DNA of 64,000 bases, from the NCBI RefSeq assembly GCF_048934315.1, contig NC_133715.1:10881698-10945697 (forward strand), written 5' to 3'. The translations under genes were made by a program, and so were the position numbers. The stretch is from Petromyzon marinus (taxonomy: Eukaryota). Each line of letters begins with the position of its first letter. The stretch's first letter is position 1. Under the pieces are notes generated by a model. It saw nothing but the letters and a program-made list of their open reading frames with translations. It did no database searches and was not told where the DNA came from. This document shows positions 25,701 through 39,679 of this stretch, one piece after another.

Positions 25701-28700
25701 ATGGAATCAGAGAACCTCAGCTGGTTCTGTGAGGGCACCGCTCCGTGACGACGTCTTGAGAAAACACGAGACGCGACACCCCTGGCAGGACAGCCTGAAC
25801 ACAACATCGCGAGCACGAGCAACATCCAACACAGCGCTCAGTCACGCGTGCGCGCAGCCCCACGCCCTGTGCATTAACGATTGTGCCCACACTTTTCGTG
25901 GATTTGCCCCCCCTAAGACCAACAAAGACAAAGATCCCCGCGATAGCCGAACACAGACTGCTTGGGACAACTGCTCTTCTCGAGCAGCTATGAACGCTCT
26001 TCCTTCCGATATTAGGAAGCCACTGGCGTTATGCACTTTTAAATCTAAATAGAAAACTCATTTCTTTACAGTTGCTTTTTATGCTTAGTTTGCTGTCCTT
26101 CCCCTGCACCTCCGATTAGCGGGGTTTGCTATGTACGGCACGAAAGAAGTTCAACATACACACATGAAGACTTGCACGGCGCCAGCAGCAATCCCCGACC
26201 ACCTTTGTCTCCAATTCCTAATTTAAGGCTGAGTTGAACGAAGGGAGGCCCAAACTTGTCGGCACTGATGTGAGAACACTTACGTGGCCGTGTTTACGAA
26301 ACCTGACTCCGACTTCACGAGCGAACTGTGCAATATTGCCGTGGTATTGATTCGAAATCGGCTCGCCGGGTTCGTAGCGCAGTGTACCAACACTCCCACA
26401 CACACACACACACGTGTTCACACACAGACACACGTGACATCAGCAATCCCCTGGCGCGGCACACGGAGGGGTCGCTTGCCAGCACCATGCCGGGCCTCCA
26501 GTGCTGACGTTCACACACCGGCACCAGCTGCTCGTTGAAGGCCCAAGTGGATCCAGAAGAGGCCCAGGACCGGTTCAGATATTCGCCACTGGCCGTGAGC
26601 GGGAATTCGAACTCGGGTCATCGGGTTCATAGCGCAGCATTCTCACCACTACATTGCTGCTGATCTACGAAACAAAGATCCCCGTGTAGCCTTCACAGAC
26701 TGTTGGAGCAAGTGCTGTTAGCGAGCTCCTGTGAAGTACACAAACACAAACCAACACACCAACACAAACACACAAACGCACAAATACACCAACACACAAA
26801 CATACAAACGCACAAATACACCAACACACCAACACACCAACAAACCAACACACAAACACACTAACACATCTTTGATCTTTGTGTGAACACGCACGTCTGT
26901 GTGAACACGTCTGTGTGAACACGCGTGCGTGTGTCGGAAAGTGTTCAGCCTCTGCAGCTTCGAGTGGAATTGTGTAGTGGCCGCTTTGAGAGTCGACGTC
27001 AACTCATGCGTAAAAGCTCACCGGCTGTAACATTTTAAAAACACACACACACACACAAAGAGAATAAGGCATCAAGACCAGTGTCATCGCTTCAGTCTTT
27101 CTCATAGATCAGAGCTCTGCAAGCAAAATAACAGGAAGAGACGTTTTAATCGAATTCGGTAAAAAAAATATAAACCTCAACATTTCAAGAGCCGCAATGC
27201 ACGTAAGCAGGAGACGGCGATCCCTGCTAGATAATAAACAATAAACATCGTCACGAAGCGCTCCTTGAAGAGTCGCAGGTTGCCGACCCCTGGGGAGGTC
27301 CACCGACTTCTGCTGCAAATACGAAGCTCGATTGTCCAAGAGCGACACTTCCAGTCTCATGTAAAAATCTGTGAACGACGAGAGATTACCCATCGCCATA
27401 GCAGATACCAGACGTTTCAAACAACACTCAACGGCACGTGCTAATCGCACCTCCGATTCGATGAGCACGGTTGGCTACGTACGGCGCGAAAGAAGTTCAA
27501 CAGAAAGCATATACAGTACATTCGTGTGGAAAGTAAACACCGCCTTCTGTGCATTCATGCAAAAGTCACCGGCAGCGTCCAGTGATACCTGAACCAGTCC
27601 TGAACGTTCCCTTCACCAACCCGTATTGACCAGCGTGGTGAAGTATGGTTTAATAATACCCCCCCCCCGCCTCACCCCCCCCCCCCCCCCCCCATGACCC
27701 CCACGGCGTGGGGAGGCCCTCATCCAGCAGTGGATTGAAACAAAGGAATAGTATGACCCGTATTCATGTACGATACGATATATCTGGGTTTGGTGTGTAA
27801 GTTCATGCTGAAGGGTATATCGGACTGCATGATTCCCGTAAACGTCTTTGAGGCTCTATTTTCAACACAAGCAGCTGTCTCATCCTTCCCAATTAACAGT
27901 TACTAAATTTGTAAAGGAACTCCATGTTGGCTCTATATAGGTCAACATGATGACAAATGTCATATCTTGGGTTGACTTGGTCAACTTGCCTCGCGAGTTC
28001 ATCGCCATTCGCTCCGTGGTCGTCGCGAGAGGGGATGACGATGGCTGTGGTGGTGGTGGGAGCAGCACGCCGCGTGTGAGCCTCGTGCAACACCGCAATG
28101 TGCAGAGACTTGCGAGGGGGAGTTGACGCGAAGCACCAGGAACAACAATCACTTTCGCCAAGTCCCGAACGCCGCCCATCAACTCGAGGATTTTAATAAG
28201 AGAGATTGCGTCCGTGCCACATCACGACACGAGGCCGGTCACTCCTTACACGCGTCTCATGGCAACTGTGTTGACAATTTTCCACTGCAATATTTTCCGG
28301 AGCCCCCCACCGCATCTCCCGGTGTAGATTATCACTCGCCACTGACGTTAACAGTGGCCACGAATCGAGCTCAGGTGGCCGCATTCGTTCGCGTATTGCG
28401 CTAACTGCTGCGCCACCGCTCCACCGCACTGTGTTAATGTATAGCCTGTACGGGATTATACCACAGCGGCATTCCGACTTGGCACACGCTGCCCTGATTT
28501 AGATTTAATGCTAAAACGAGTGCTGTTAGCGAGCGCCTATTAAGGCTGACACGACACAGGCGAGGGCGGGTGGCCAGCACGAGACTCACACACAGTTACA
28601 ACATAGCTCCCGTTTATACACATGGACTCTAGGGTGTAAGTGCTGTTAGCGAGTACATATTGAGTCCGAGACGGCAACCCTGCGGTGGCGAGGCCAGAAC

Positions 28701-28894
28701 CACGCCCGACCGTCTTTGTCTTCCCGTTACTAATGATTACCCACCACACCAGGTAGGATACTTATTAAAGGGGAAGTCGACCTCGGCTTAGCGTGGCCAG
28801 AACGCCACCCTGGGCCGTCCTTGTTGTTTAACATACCGCGCCGGGTAGGACATACTTTTAAGACTGAGTCGACCTAGGGGAGGCTCGCTACAGG

Positions 28895-29815
28895 TTTGGC
28901 TATCATATTTACATGGATAAATTTGAGACAGATGCCATCCAGACATCCACCCGACGTCCTTCCTTGTGGAAGAGATACGTAGATGACACGTTTGTCATCT
29001 GGCCACATGGCTGGATGGCACAATACCAATTTGTCAACCACATCAGTTCCATAAACCCGTCTATCAAATTCACCATGGAAGTGGAAAATGATGGCAAGCT
29101 ACCATTCCTGGATTTTTTGATCGAGATGAGACCTGATGGCTCGTTGAGACACTGTCTATAGGAAAGCCACCCACACGGATGCCTATCTAAAGCCTGACTC
29201 CCACCACCATCCAGCCCAGAAGAATTCCCTCATCAAAACACTACACCATAGGACCCGTTGCATGTCCGACCAGCACCACCTAGCCAGTGAGCTTGAACAC
29301 GTATGTCAGGCTCTCAGGAAGAATGGATATTCTGACCGCACAATCCGCAAAGCTGCATCCCCAACCATGGGTAGAGAACCATCTGAGGACCCAATCAAAA
29401 CCATCACCGTACCATACATAGTAGGGGTTACCAAAAGGATTGCCAAAATCTTAAACAAAGACAAGATCCAAGTTCGGTTCAATACAGTACACAAAATCCG
29501 TGATTTGATCCCATCGGTGAAGGATGTGATTCCGGACATGCAATGTCCTGGTGTCTATAAGCTGAGTTGTGTCTGCGGCAGCAGTTACATTGGTGAAACG
29601 AAGCGACGTGTCTCAGACCGGGTTCGCGAGCACAAAGCGGATTTGAAACACGGCAGAACCAACACCTCGGCGGTGGCGGATCATCGTTTCCACGCTGTGG
29701 GCACACGTGACATTGATAACACGTGACATTGTTTTCTCCGAGACCAAGGTACTCTGCAAACCCTCGGGCCACCATCAGAGATTTGTTCACGAGGCCATCC
29801 GGTGCCTAACCCCTA
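28895..29815 (+). mobile_element. 5'-truncated, frameshifted Penelope-like retroelement fragment (RT C-terminus, linker, GIY-YIG endonuclease)
   Basis: Frame 2 reads RYVDDTFVIWPHG...IKFTMEVENDGKLPFLDFLI, the RT motif C and thumb. Frame 0 reads ...GVYKLSCVCGSSYIGETKRRVSDRVREHKADLKHG, a GIY-YIG domain. Frame 1 reads IVFSETKVLCKPSGHHQRFVHEAIRC, the PLE C-terminus. YRKATHTDAYLKPDSHHHPAQK lies between them. Two frameshifts separate the three frames. Confidence 0.65.
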
Positions 29816-30258
29816 CAGCCAAACTCCCCCCCTCCCTCCCGTGTCTAACTCCTACAGCCAAACTCCCCCCCCCCCCCCCGTGTCTAACTCCTACAGCCAA
29901 ACTCCTCCTTCCCCTCCCGTGTCTAACTCCTACAGCCAAACTCCTCCCCCTCTCCTCCCGTGTCTAACTCCTACAGCCAAACTCCTCCCCCTCTCCTCCC
30001 GTGTCTAACTCCTACAGCCAAACTCCTCCTCCCCCTCCCGTGTCTAACTCCTACAGCCAAACTCCTCCTTCCCCTCCCGTGTCTAACTCCTACAGCCAAA
30101 CTCCTCCTTCCCCTCCCCCTCCAGTGTCTAACTCCTACAGCCAAACTCCTTCCCCTCCCGTGTCTAACTCCTACAGCCAAACTCCTCCTCCCCCTCCCGT
30201 GTCTAACTCCTACAGCCAAACTCCTCCTCCCCCTCCCGTGTCTAACTCCTACAGTCAA
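29805..30258. repeat. About 40-bp minisatellite, roughly 11 copies (unit CGTGTCTAACTCCTACAGCCAAACTCCTCCYCCCCTCC), directly following the Penelope-like 3' end
   Basis: The array begins inside the PLE tail (..cctaacccctacagccaaactcc..) and runs to 30258. Confidence 0.85.
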
Positions 30259-31802
30259 ACTTTGAAGCTTTCCTGCAGTCACGAAAGCTTCAAATCAAGC
30301 TTGAGTGATCGATGTTGTACAAGGGCGTGGACCCTCTGTGCCCTTTAAACTGGACACCTCCTCACGAGTGCGACGTGGCTCGTGGAGACGAGGGCCGTGA
30401 AACAAATGGAGATAAATCGCCCTCGTGTTAAAGTCACATTTCCAATAACACCAATTAACAACACGTCTTCAACCCACTTGTAGATGAATGCCGTGTCGGC
30501 GTTTGAGTTTGTTCCACAGTTCGCTGACCACTGCGGGTTTGTGAAGCGGAGGAGGGATTCAGATCTCTCTCTCTCGCCACTGATGTTCGCCGCTGGCAGG
30601 AATGGGAGCCAGTCACCGAGCGAACCTCACGAGGAGCGCGCTGTGCCATGGCCACTGCGCCCAGCCGCCGTCGCCCGCCCAGCAGTTAGACAAGTTAGAG
30701 GCGCAGCCCTGCAATGACTTATTGACACACCTCCGATTAGCACGGTCGACGACGTCGTTCAACATACATAGAGCAACTGCAGAATAAACATGCCATGTAA
30801 AAGACCCCCTCGTGTAATCATCACCGTCGGCCGTGGTCAATCCCCTGCTGGACGAATGCCTTCGGAGGCCCACCGCTTGTCGTCCGATGCAACAATCGCC
30901 ACCACGAGTGTGCCAGAGATCCAGTGCTGTAAGCCGCATTCGTCTCACGATGTACGGACGCCCCAGACGCAACTCAGTCGCAGTTGCGGCGGTCGTGCAC
31001 CTCTGAGCAATGCGCAGCAGCAGCAGCACTCGCTGTTATTAATCCACGTGAGTGCCGGGTACACGCAGAAGCAGCACGCAGCCCTGTGGGAGAGACGTGG
31101 AGGCCCATGGCCGCGTTCTCACGACTCAGAAGACGCTCCGCCAAGGAAGACGGCAACCGTCAGAGCTGTTGCCCCGCTCTTCGACAAAGTTGAATGAACG
31201 AATGTGGTCACGACGCACAAACATCTACCGGTTTAGAATGGTGTTTTGGGGGTTTTTTTGGTGGTTTTGTTTAGTTGTTTAGATGTTTGATGGGGGGGGG
31301 GGGGTAAAAACAGTGCATCTTATATTCCGTTGAATAGGGGTGTACGCGAGGCTGATGTCTCAACAATGCGTACTGCACACACACAGACGCAACAGCTACA
31401 AAGACCCCCCCCCCCCCCCATGTAGGCATTTGCAATCTGGTGAGGCAAGTGCGAGTAGCACCTCCGAAGGCCGAGGCGGTGTACACGCGGAATGCTGTGG
31501 CCAGAGCCAGCCACGACCGCCTTTATTTCCCCAGTGCCGAGTTGTTGTTTGACACACACAGCACCGGGCACTTGTTTGAAGGCTGAGTCGACTTAGGAGA
31601 GAGTTGCAGGAGCGGCTATAATATCGCTCGCCAGTGACGTTAGAGACGCCTCCGTAGAGGCGGATGGTGACACCGCTGGTCCTTGTCATCGGGGAATCCG
31701 ATCAGCTCAACATCCTCCTCTACCACATCAGCCCCTGTCTTATCTAGCACATGCCGCGCCCGTTTAGCTCCCCTCTATCCGGCCAATAAAGGTAAGTTCC
31801 CC

Positions 31803-32062
31803 CGTAACAGCCTTAGCAGATTGATGGGGCAAGTGGTGTTAGCGTGCAGCGATGAAGATCGGCACATCACGCGAGGGAGTGGGTGGCCAGAACCACACTC
31901 GGCCGCCTTTGTCTCCCTCATGGCAATGATGTTTAGACACTTACCAGGTACAGTACTCAATTTGAGGCTGAGTCGACTTAGGGGAGTCCCAGGACCCGTT
32001 AGTATAATTGTCACTGGTGTTGGCCGTGAGCGGAAATCGAACCCGTGCACCACCGCTCCCCA
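31803..32062 (-). mobile_element. tRNA-derived SINE, family A (minus strand); its head abuts the start of the 2.1-kb satellite
   Basis: The reverse complement ends ...cgggttcgatttccgctcacggcc...accaccgctcccc at 32062. The satellite begins at 32063. Confidence 0.7.
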
Positions 32063-34186
32063 CTAGACACACACACACAGAGACACACGAACACACAGAG
32101 ACACACACACCGAGAGACACACGAACACACACACAGAGACACACGAACACACACACACAGACACACGAACACACACACAGAGACACACGAACACACACAC
32201 AGAGACACACACACAGACACGAACACACACACAGAGACACACGAACACACACACACAGACACGAACACACACACAGAGACACACGAACACACACACAGAG
32301 ACACACGAACACACACACAGAGACACACGAACACACACACAGAGAGACACACGAACACACACACAGAGACACACGAACACACACACAGAGACACACGAAC
32401 ACACACACAGAGACACACGAACACACACACAGAGACACACGAACACACACAGACACACGAACACACACAGAAACACACACACAGAGAGACACACGAACAC
32501 ACACACACAGACACACGAACACACACACAGAGACACACGAACACACACAGAGACACGAACACACACACAGAGACACACGAACACACACACAGAGACACAC
32601 GAACACACACACACAGACACACAGACACACGAACACACACACAGAGACACACACACACAGAGACACACGAACACAGACACAGAGACACACGAACACACAC
32701 ACAGAGACACACGAACACACACACAGACACACGAACACACACACAGAGAGACACACGAACACACACACACACAGACACACGAACACACACACAGAGACAC
32801 ACGTACACACACACAGAGACACACGAACACACACACAGAGACACACACACAGACACGAACACACACACAGAGACACACGAAAACACACACAGAGACACGA
32901 ACACACACACAGAGACACACGAACACACACACAGAGACACACGAACACACACACAGAGACACACGAACACACACAGACACACACACATAGAGACACACGA
33001 ACACACACACAGAGACACACGAACACACACACAGAGACACACGAACACACAGACACACGAACACACACACAGAGACACACACACAGAGACACACGAACAC
33101 ACACACAGACACACGAACACACACACAGAGACACACGAACACACACACAGAGACACGAACACACGCACACAGACACACGAACACACACACAGAGACACAC
33201 GAACACACACACACAGACACACAGACACACGAACACACACACAGAGACACACACAGAGACACACGAACACACACACAGAGACACACGAACACACACACAG
33301 AGACACACGAACACACACACAGACACACGAACACACACACAGAGAGACACACGAACACACACACACACACAGACACACGAACACACACACAGAGACACAC
33401 GTACACACACACAGAGACACACGAACACACACACAGAGACACACACACAGACACGAACACACACACAGAGACACACGAAAACACACACAGAGACACGAAC
33501 ACACACACAGAGACACACGAACACACACACAGAGACACACGAACACACACACACACAGACACACGAACACACACACAGAGACACGAACACACATACAGAG
33601 ACACACGAACACACACACAGAGACACACGAACACACACACAGAAGACATACGAACACACACAGACACACGAACACACACACAGAGAGACACACGAACACA
33701 CACACACACTGACACACGAACACACACACAGACACACGAACACACACACAGAAGACACTCGAACACACACACAGAGACACACACACACAGACGCACGAAC
33801 ACACACACAGAGAGACACACGAACACACACACAGAGACACACACACAGACACACGAACACACACACACAGAGACACACACACACAGACACACGAACACAC
33901 ACACACAGAGAGACACACGAACACACACACACAGACACACACACACAGACACACGAACACACACACAGAGACACACACACACAGACACACGAACACACAC
34001 ACACACAGAGACACACGAACACACACACAGAGACACACACAGACACACGAACACACACACACACAGAGAGAGACACGAACACACACAGAGAGACACACGA
34101 ACACACACACAGAGAGACACACGAACACACACACACAGACACACGAACACACACACACACAGAGACACACGAACCCACACACACGC
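32063..34186. repeat. 2.1-kb satellite (CACAGAGACACACGAACA)n with 16-22-bp variant units
   Basis: The array is continuous. ORFs of 700+ aa in five frames ([10 protein letters not shown] and CVCVSLCV peptides) are artefacts. Confidence 0.9.
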
Positions 34187-34619
34187 AGTGAGCGGGAGAG
34201 TAACGAGTTAAGTCTTAACCGCGCCCCATCCCGAACGTCACCCTCCCTGCGCAACTTAAAGGCACCACCACAGTGGCCACGAGTACGCAAATGAGAGCGC
34301 CTCTTCCCAGTGATTGATGAGCTAACAGGACGACCCGAGGCAGCTATTTACAGACGAAGGAGGGGTGGTGGGAAGGGTTTAGGTCACTGCCACAACACAC
34401 ACACATACGCGCGCGCGTCACAGGCACCCATCACAACTTTCCGAACGAGTGCCACGCCAGGAGATCGAACGTTGACAGCTGCCGCTTCGTGCACGAAGGG
34501 CAGGGGGTGGTGTGAGGGTATCGGTGCGAGGCGCTGGGAGGCTCTTGAAGTGACACTTAAGTTCACGCATCTGGCTCGCTGCGCGCTGTCATCTGTAAAG
34601 AGCTGCACCAGGTAAGACT

Positions 34620-34912
34620 CTCATCCCCACCGCTTCACTGACAGCCCACCCTCGTCAATCCACTGCTGGTTGAACGCCTCCCCACGTTGCTTCGGCCATG
34701 GGTGGAGGTGAGAGGGGCGAGGGAGGTTGTTTGGCGGGTTAGTGAATCAGAATCTTGCTTTAGACCGGAGGAATCCGATGAGCTATGAAGCTCTTTTTCA
34801 GATGTCCAGTCGTGAATGAGATATCGCCACTGATGTTATAGCCGTGGCCGGGAAAATCTCACTCAGCTGGCTGGGTTCATATCGCACTGACCTAACCACT
34901 GCGCCACCGGCC
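34620..34912 (-). mobile_element. tRNA-derived SINE, family B. Internal boxes: CGCCACTGATGTT, GAAAAAGAGCTTCATAGCTCATCGGATTCCTCC, ACCAGCGTGGTGAAGTATGG, and CATCCAGCAGTGGATTGAC
   Basis: The reverse complement reads ggtagggccggtggcgcagtggttagg...ccggccacggctataacatcagtggcgatatc...ctgaaaaagagcttcatagctcatcggattcctcc...ccagcagtggattgacgag. Fragments carrying subsets of these boxes occur at about 80-180, 10270-10400, 16260-16460, 17300-17560 (-), 20080-20345, 27600-27760, 35168-35440, 36800-36900, 42150-42260, 42405-42500, 47860-47960 and 59320-59440. Confidence 0.55.
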
Positions 34913-36926
34913 CTACCTTGCCTATGGTTGGTTTTTAATGAATGTTTTTTTTTTAAACCAGACGTTTATATTTTAGACCCGGATGGGCACGCAGGGCAGG
35001 CAGTGGGGCTGATGAGGAATCTTCTCAACGTTGTGGAGAGGAAGATGAAAATGCCCCACATAGACACGAGATTCGAAGCACAAAATCTCCAAGTGACTCC
35101 GCTAAGTTACATTTGAAGTGGAAATAAGTGCATCCACTGATTTCATTTAAGGGGGCGGAGAGATGGGGGGGGGGGGGGGGGGAGTGGTGGCTCAATGGTT
35201 AGCGCAGTGCGCTCATAAATCCCTCAACCTAAGTTGAGTTAGATTCAACCACGATTGATGTCCCAGCCGGTCCTGAGTACTCCTACCCTCGCTACTAACC
35301 GACGTGGGGAAGTATGGCCAAACATGTTTCACCACGCTGGTCTGTTGCGGTGAAGTATGGCCAAACATGTTTCACCACGCTGGTGTGTTGCGGTGAAGTA
35401 TTGTCAAACAACCCCCCATTACCGGCATGATGTGGGGGAGGTGTTCATGCAGACGTAGATTGACACATAACTGTAAAATACTCTTTGTAACTTTGTCATT
35501 CAAACCGATGGAACTGAATAGTCTGTCGAGTGTACATTAGTTTACATCACAAATATGGAATGTTCCTTAGGGGGGCCTCTTAACCCACCCTCCTATACAT
35601 TATTTTTGCGACATTCAATTCTAATGTTACATTTATTGTACGATAGACTCTGTCCTTGCAAGAGACAGAGGCAGGATGCTGCAGTGCTCAAACAAGTGGC
35701 AGGGCGATTCACATCTCCTTTGGAAACCCCTGAGCCGGTAGTGGAAATTCCGCATTCCCATGGCGGGGTTAAGTGTATCCAGAGGGCAACCACTGTTTGA
35801 CTTGCTACAAAAGTGGTACTCTCCCTTGAAATGATGATGAGTGAATCGCACCCCAGATTCGGATTGTAACTCGCAAGCCAGTCGAGCGCTCTTGTATCCG
35901 CGATAATCCGGTGCGACGTCTCACAACGGAATATACAAACTGTCTATTCAACTGACGTTTTGGGTAATGGCCCTTTGTCAGAGCAGATGGAGAGAGGGCC
36001 ATCATGTTGTGACGCATCGCTAAAAATGGTGTCTGTTTATAAATATCCATACTGTACAAATCACCCTAGAGATGTTTAATGTTTCTGTCACTTCATTTGT
36101 AATAGTACTATGATATGTCCAAAAATAATCAGCCCGAGTCAACTTACGCTCCAGGGAATGTATAACTGTATTTGACATTGCTAAGAATTGTGTGGGATAT
36201 TTCCATGCTTTTTGTGACACGGTTGTTTTTTGCAGCGATTTCTATTGACTCCATTCCTCCACTTGAGTTTGTTTTGCGTAAAGTCATCTCGGTGAACCAA
36301 GTGGCTCAGGCGAGTGAAACTCGATCCTGGTCGCTCGACTTCTCTCAATCGATGTGGGCGACAATATCTTGACTGAGCTTTGGAACCTGCGGTCTAAAAC
36401 TGATCACCTGAGGACGGCTGCTTGCGTTGTGGCCGAAACGTCGTGATAATTTTATTATATTATGTTTTATTTTTTATCATTTTATTATTTCCCTTCTACG
36501 CGACTTTACCGATTGAACCAAGAATATAAAAAACCTTCTATTAAAAGTAGATAAATTAAGACAGTAACCATATTCGCAACGTCTAATATATATGTAATAA
36601 ACCACCATTCACCAAACGCTGCCCGCATGCAGAGCGTGAAGGGTAGTCTGACTCGCAGACAGAAGTTAAATACAACACTCACTCATACTTCACTAATCAG
36701 TCGCTATCAGTGTGAAAGTACGTGCTGGAAATACTCTCAGCGTGGTCATTAACACGCCTGGCTATGCGACGACGAACATTCATGAACAGGTAAAAAATGA
36801 AGTACTGCCGTTTGTCAATCCACTGCTGGATGAAGGTCTCCCAGCACGCGGGCATCGTTTGACCATCCTTCCCCACGCTGATTGCTGCCGGTGGGTGAAG
36901 AGTGAGAGGAGCCCAGGAGCGGTCCA

Positions 36927-37305
36927 CAGATCAGTCTGTCCACAGATCAGTCGGTCCACAGATCAGTCGGTCCACAGATCAGTCTGTCCACAGATCAGTC
37001 GGTCCAGAGATCAGTCGGTCCCCACATCAGTCGGTCCCCATATCAGTCGGTCCCCATATCAGTCGGTCCACAGATCAGTCGGCCCAGAGATCAGTCGGTC
37101 CCCACATCAGTCGGTCCCCACATCAGTCGGTCCACAGATCAGTCGGTGCACAGATCAGTCGGTCCACAGATCAGTCGGTCCACAGATCAGTCGGTCCACA
37201 GATCAGTCGGTGCACAGATCAGTCGGTCCACAGATCAGTCGGTCCACAGATCAGTCGGTCCACAGGTCAGTCGGTTCACAGATTAGTCGGTCCCCATATC
37301 AGTCG
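36927..37305. repeat. 16-bp minisatellite (GTCCACAGATCAGTCG)n, about 24 copies, roughly 300 bp upstream of the gja3-like ATG
   Basis: The tandem is visible in sequence. The 338-aa ORF at 36712-37728 that spans it is not a gene. Confidence 0.9.
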
Positions 37306-37597
37306 CCCCTCGCGCTCGCCGTGCCCGACGACTCGAACCGAGAGACGGCTGCGTCATTTCGAGCCGTGCGCGCTCGTCGATGCGACTCCCCCCCCCCGTC
37401 CCACCGCCAACCCCGCGTTGTCGTGACTCGTACGGCTGCCCGTGTCAAAACGTCGAAGATGACCACCGTGTCGATGTTATTCCAAGTCTGCCCGAACACA
37501 ATTTACCGTGCGCGTTTTGCCTCAGACCCCCCGCTCGCGAGCGACCGCAAGGCCACGGGTGTCTCTGCACGGCGACTCTCCACTGCCTCGGGTCTGA

Positions 37598-37711
<114 letters not shown>

Positions 37712-37737
37712 TGACTCGCCGCGCGTAGCCGTGGCCA

Positions 37738-37887
37738 AGGTGTGAGTGTGTGTGAGTGCGTGAGTGAGTGTGTGTTAATGTGTGTGTAAGTGTGTGTGTG
37801 TGAGTGTGTGTGTGTGAAAGTGAGTGTGTGTGAATGTGTGTGAATGTGTGTGAATGTGAGTGTGTAAGTGAGTGTGTGTGAAAGTGT
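37738..37887. repeat. GT-rich microsatellite (GTGTGTGAGTGA)n inside the gja3-like intron
   Basis: The repeat is visible in sequence. Confidence 0.85.
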
Positions 37888-38190
37888 AGGGAGCGGTGGT
37901 GTAGCGGTTAGCACGCTGCGCTACGTACCTAGCGACCCGGGTTCGATTCCCGCCCACGGCCAACACCAGTGACGATTATCTGAACGCTCCTGGGCCTCCC
38001 CTAGGTCGATTCAGCCTCAAATTAGTACCTGGTGCGATGTGTAAAACATCGCCACTAGGGAGAGAAAAAGCGGCCGGGCATGGTGCTGGCCACCCACCCC
38101 CTCGTATGCCGTGCCGGCCTTCATAGGTGCTCGCTAACAGCACTTTCCCCAATCGTATGTTGAGGCTATAGGGGGCATCTTTGTCTTGGT
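37888..38190 (+). mobile_element. tRNA-derived SINE, family A, located inside the gja3-like coding-region intron
   Basis: Starts agggagcggtggtgtagcggttagc... and shares the family-A head, central box, and tail described above. Confidence 0.7.
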
Positions 38191-39679
38191 GAGTGGTGCT
38201 CGGAGCGGAGTCACTCTGGGTGTCCGGACAGCCCGACCGCTTAATAAACTGCTCAGAGACACTCGCAACATTTATTGCGAAAAGAAACCCCACAACATTT
38301 TAAGATATGGCCAACAGACAACCACACATTTATTTTAATCCGGATAAGAGAACCCCCCGCAACATTTTTTTTTATTGGCGAATAGACACCCATACATTGT
38401 TATCACGTGGCTAAGAGAGACGCACAAGATGCTGGTCTCGAGTCACGGCAAGTCAGAATAAGCCCAGTGTGTTTTTTCCCTGTAACAAGGCGACGTGGTG
38501 AAGACGATGATCACGCTGATGAGAGGCCTCTCCCTCTCTCTCACACACACACAGCAGTCGGCGCAGTAATTGCGTAGATGTAATACACTGTATGGGAATG
38601 ATTTGCCTTATAACTCCTTTTGTCCATGGCGTGATGAAGTGGGGGGGGGGGCAAATTCACGGACCCTATCTGTAATCTCATCAATAACCACCGGTACCAA
38701 TTCATTGATAGCTTGCACGGCGCGGCTCTGCCCTTGGAGTGGGTGCTGTGCGGGGTGATGTACAGGAAGAGTGGATGGCTGGTGTTGATGGTGGTGGTGA
38801 GAGAAGAGATGGGGAAACGTGGTCGTGGTGGTTATGGTGGCGTTGGTGGTGCCGAGAGTGAGTAGAGAATGCGGAAAGAGGTTCCACTTTCAGAAGAAGG
38901 GAATACATTTCACTGTCATAAATATAGCCGTCCTAATGTTATGCCAATTCCACGCACGGTGCGTGGTTATATGAGCACGCTTCATCTTTGTGGGTGGTCG
39001 TGGTTGTACAATACAGGGAGTGTCTAGGGCTGTGCTTAACGGGGCTGACAAGGGCCCTGCTCTGCAGTTTGTGTCTGCAGACATCATCATCCTCCTGTAT
39101 ATCAGCTCAGAGCAACTCGCGGTGACCAGTGTGGTGAACTATGGCACAACAGACGCTTATGACCAAGTGGCCGACACGGCTTAGACGGGCTTTCATCAAT
39201 AAGTGGATTGACCATGGCTGACGATGACTATGATTACGAATGACACGTGTAATAGTACAATAAAAACCCGTCGCTAACTCTTACCGTCTCGCGATTAAAC
39301 AATCCATCTGGCATCTCGCTACGCGTGAGCTGGTTCCAACGCTCCATCTCCACCATTGAAGTCCTTTAGGAGCCGCCTGCCATTTCTCGGCCGCCACTCC
39401 ACCACAAACTCCTTCATCATCAGCCATCATTCCTTCGAGAGCGTAACCCCTACAGCCATCACATTTACCAGGATGTCTACACAATCCAGTATCCATATCC
39501 GATCGCGACCATTGAATTTGTAGACGCTCCGTTATAGCGCCCTTAAAATGTATAACACATAATAGGCGAAGCTCGTGCAATGACCCTTCATCATAGCACA
39601 TACATCATGTTAATTATTACAATAATTCTCACAATAACCGGTGACGCTTCGGCTTCCTCCCCGCTGTTGCTCCACGAAG

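Noticed and set aside
31941-34290. Five ORFs of 555-759 aa on both strands ([10 protein letters not shown] and CVCVSLCV peptides)
   Set aside because: They are translations of the (CACAGAGACACACGAACA)n satellite. All frames are simultaneously open, which is a repeat artefact and not a coding signal.
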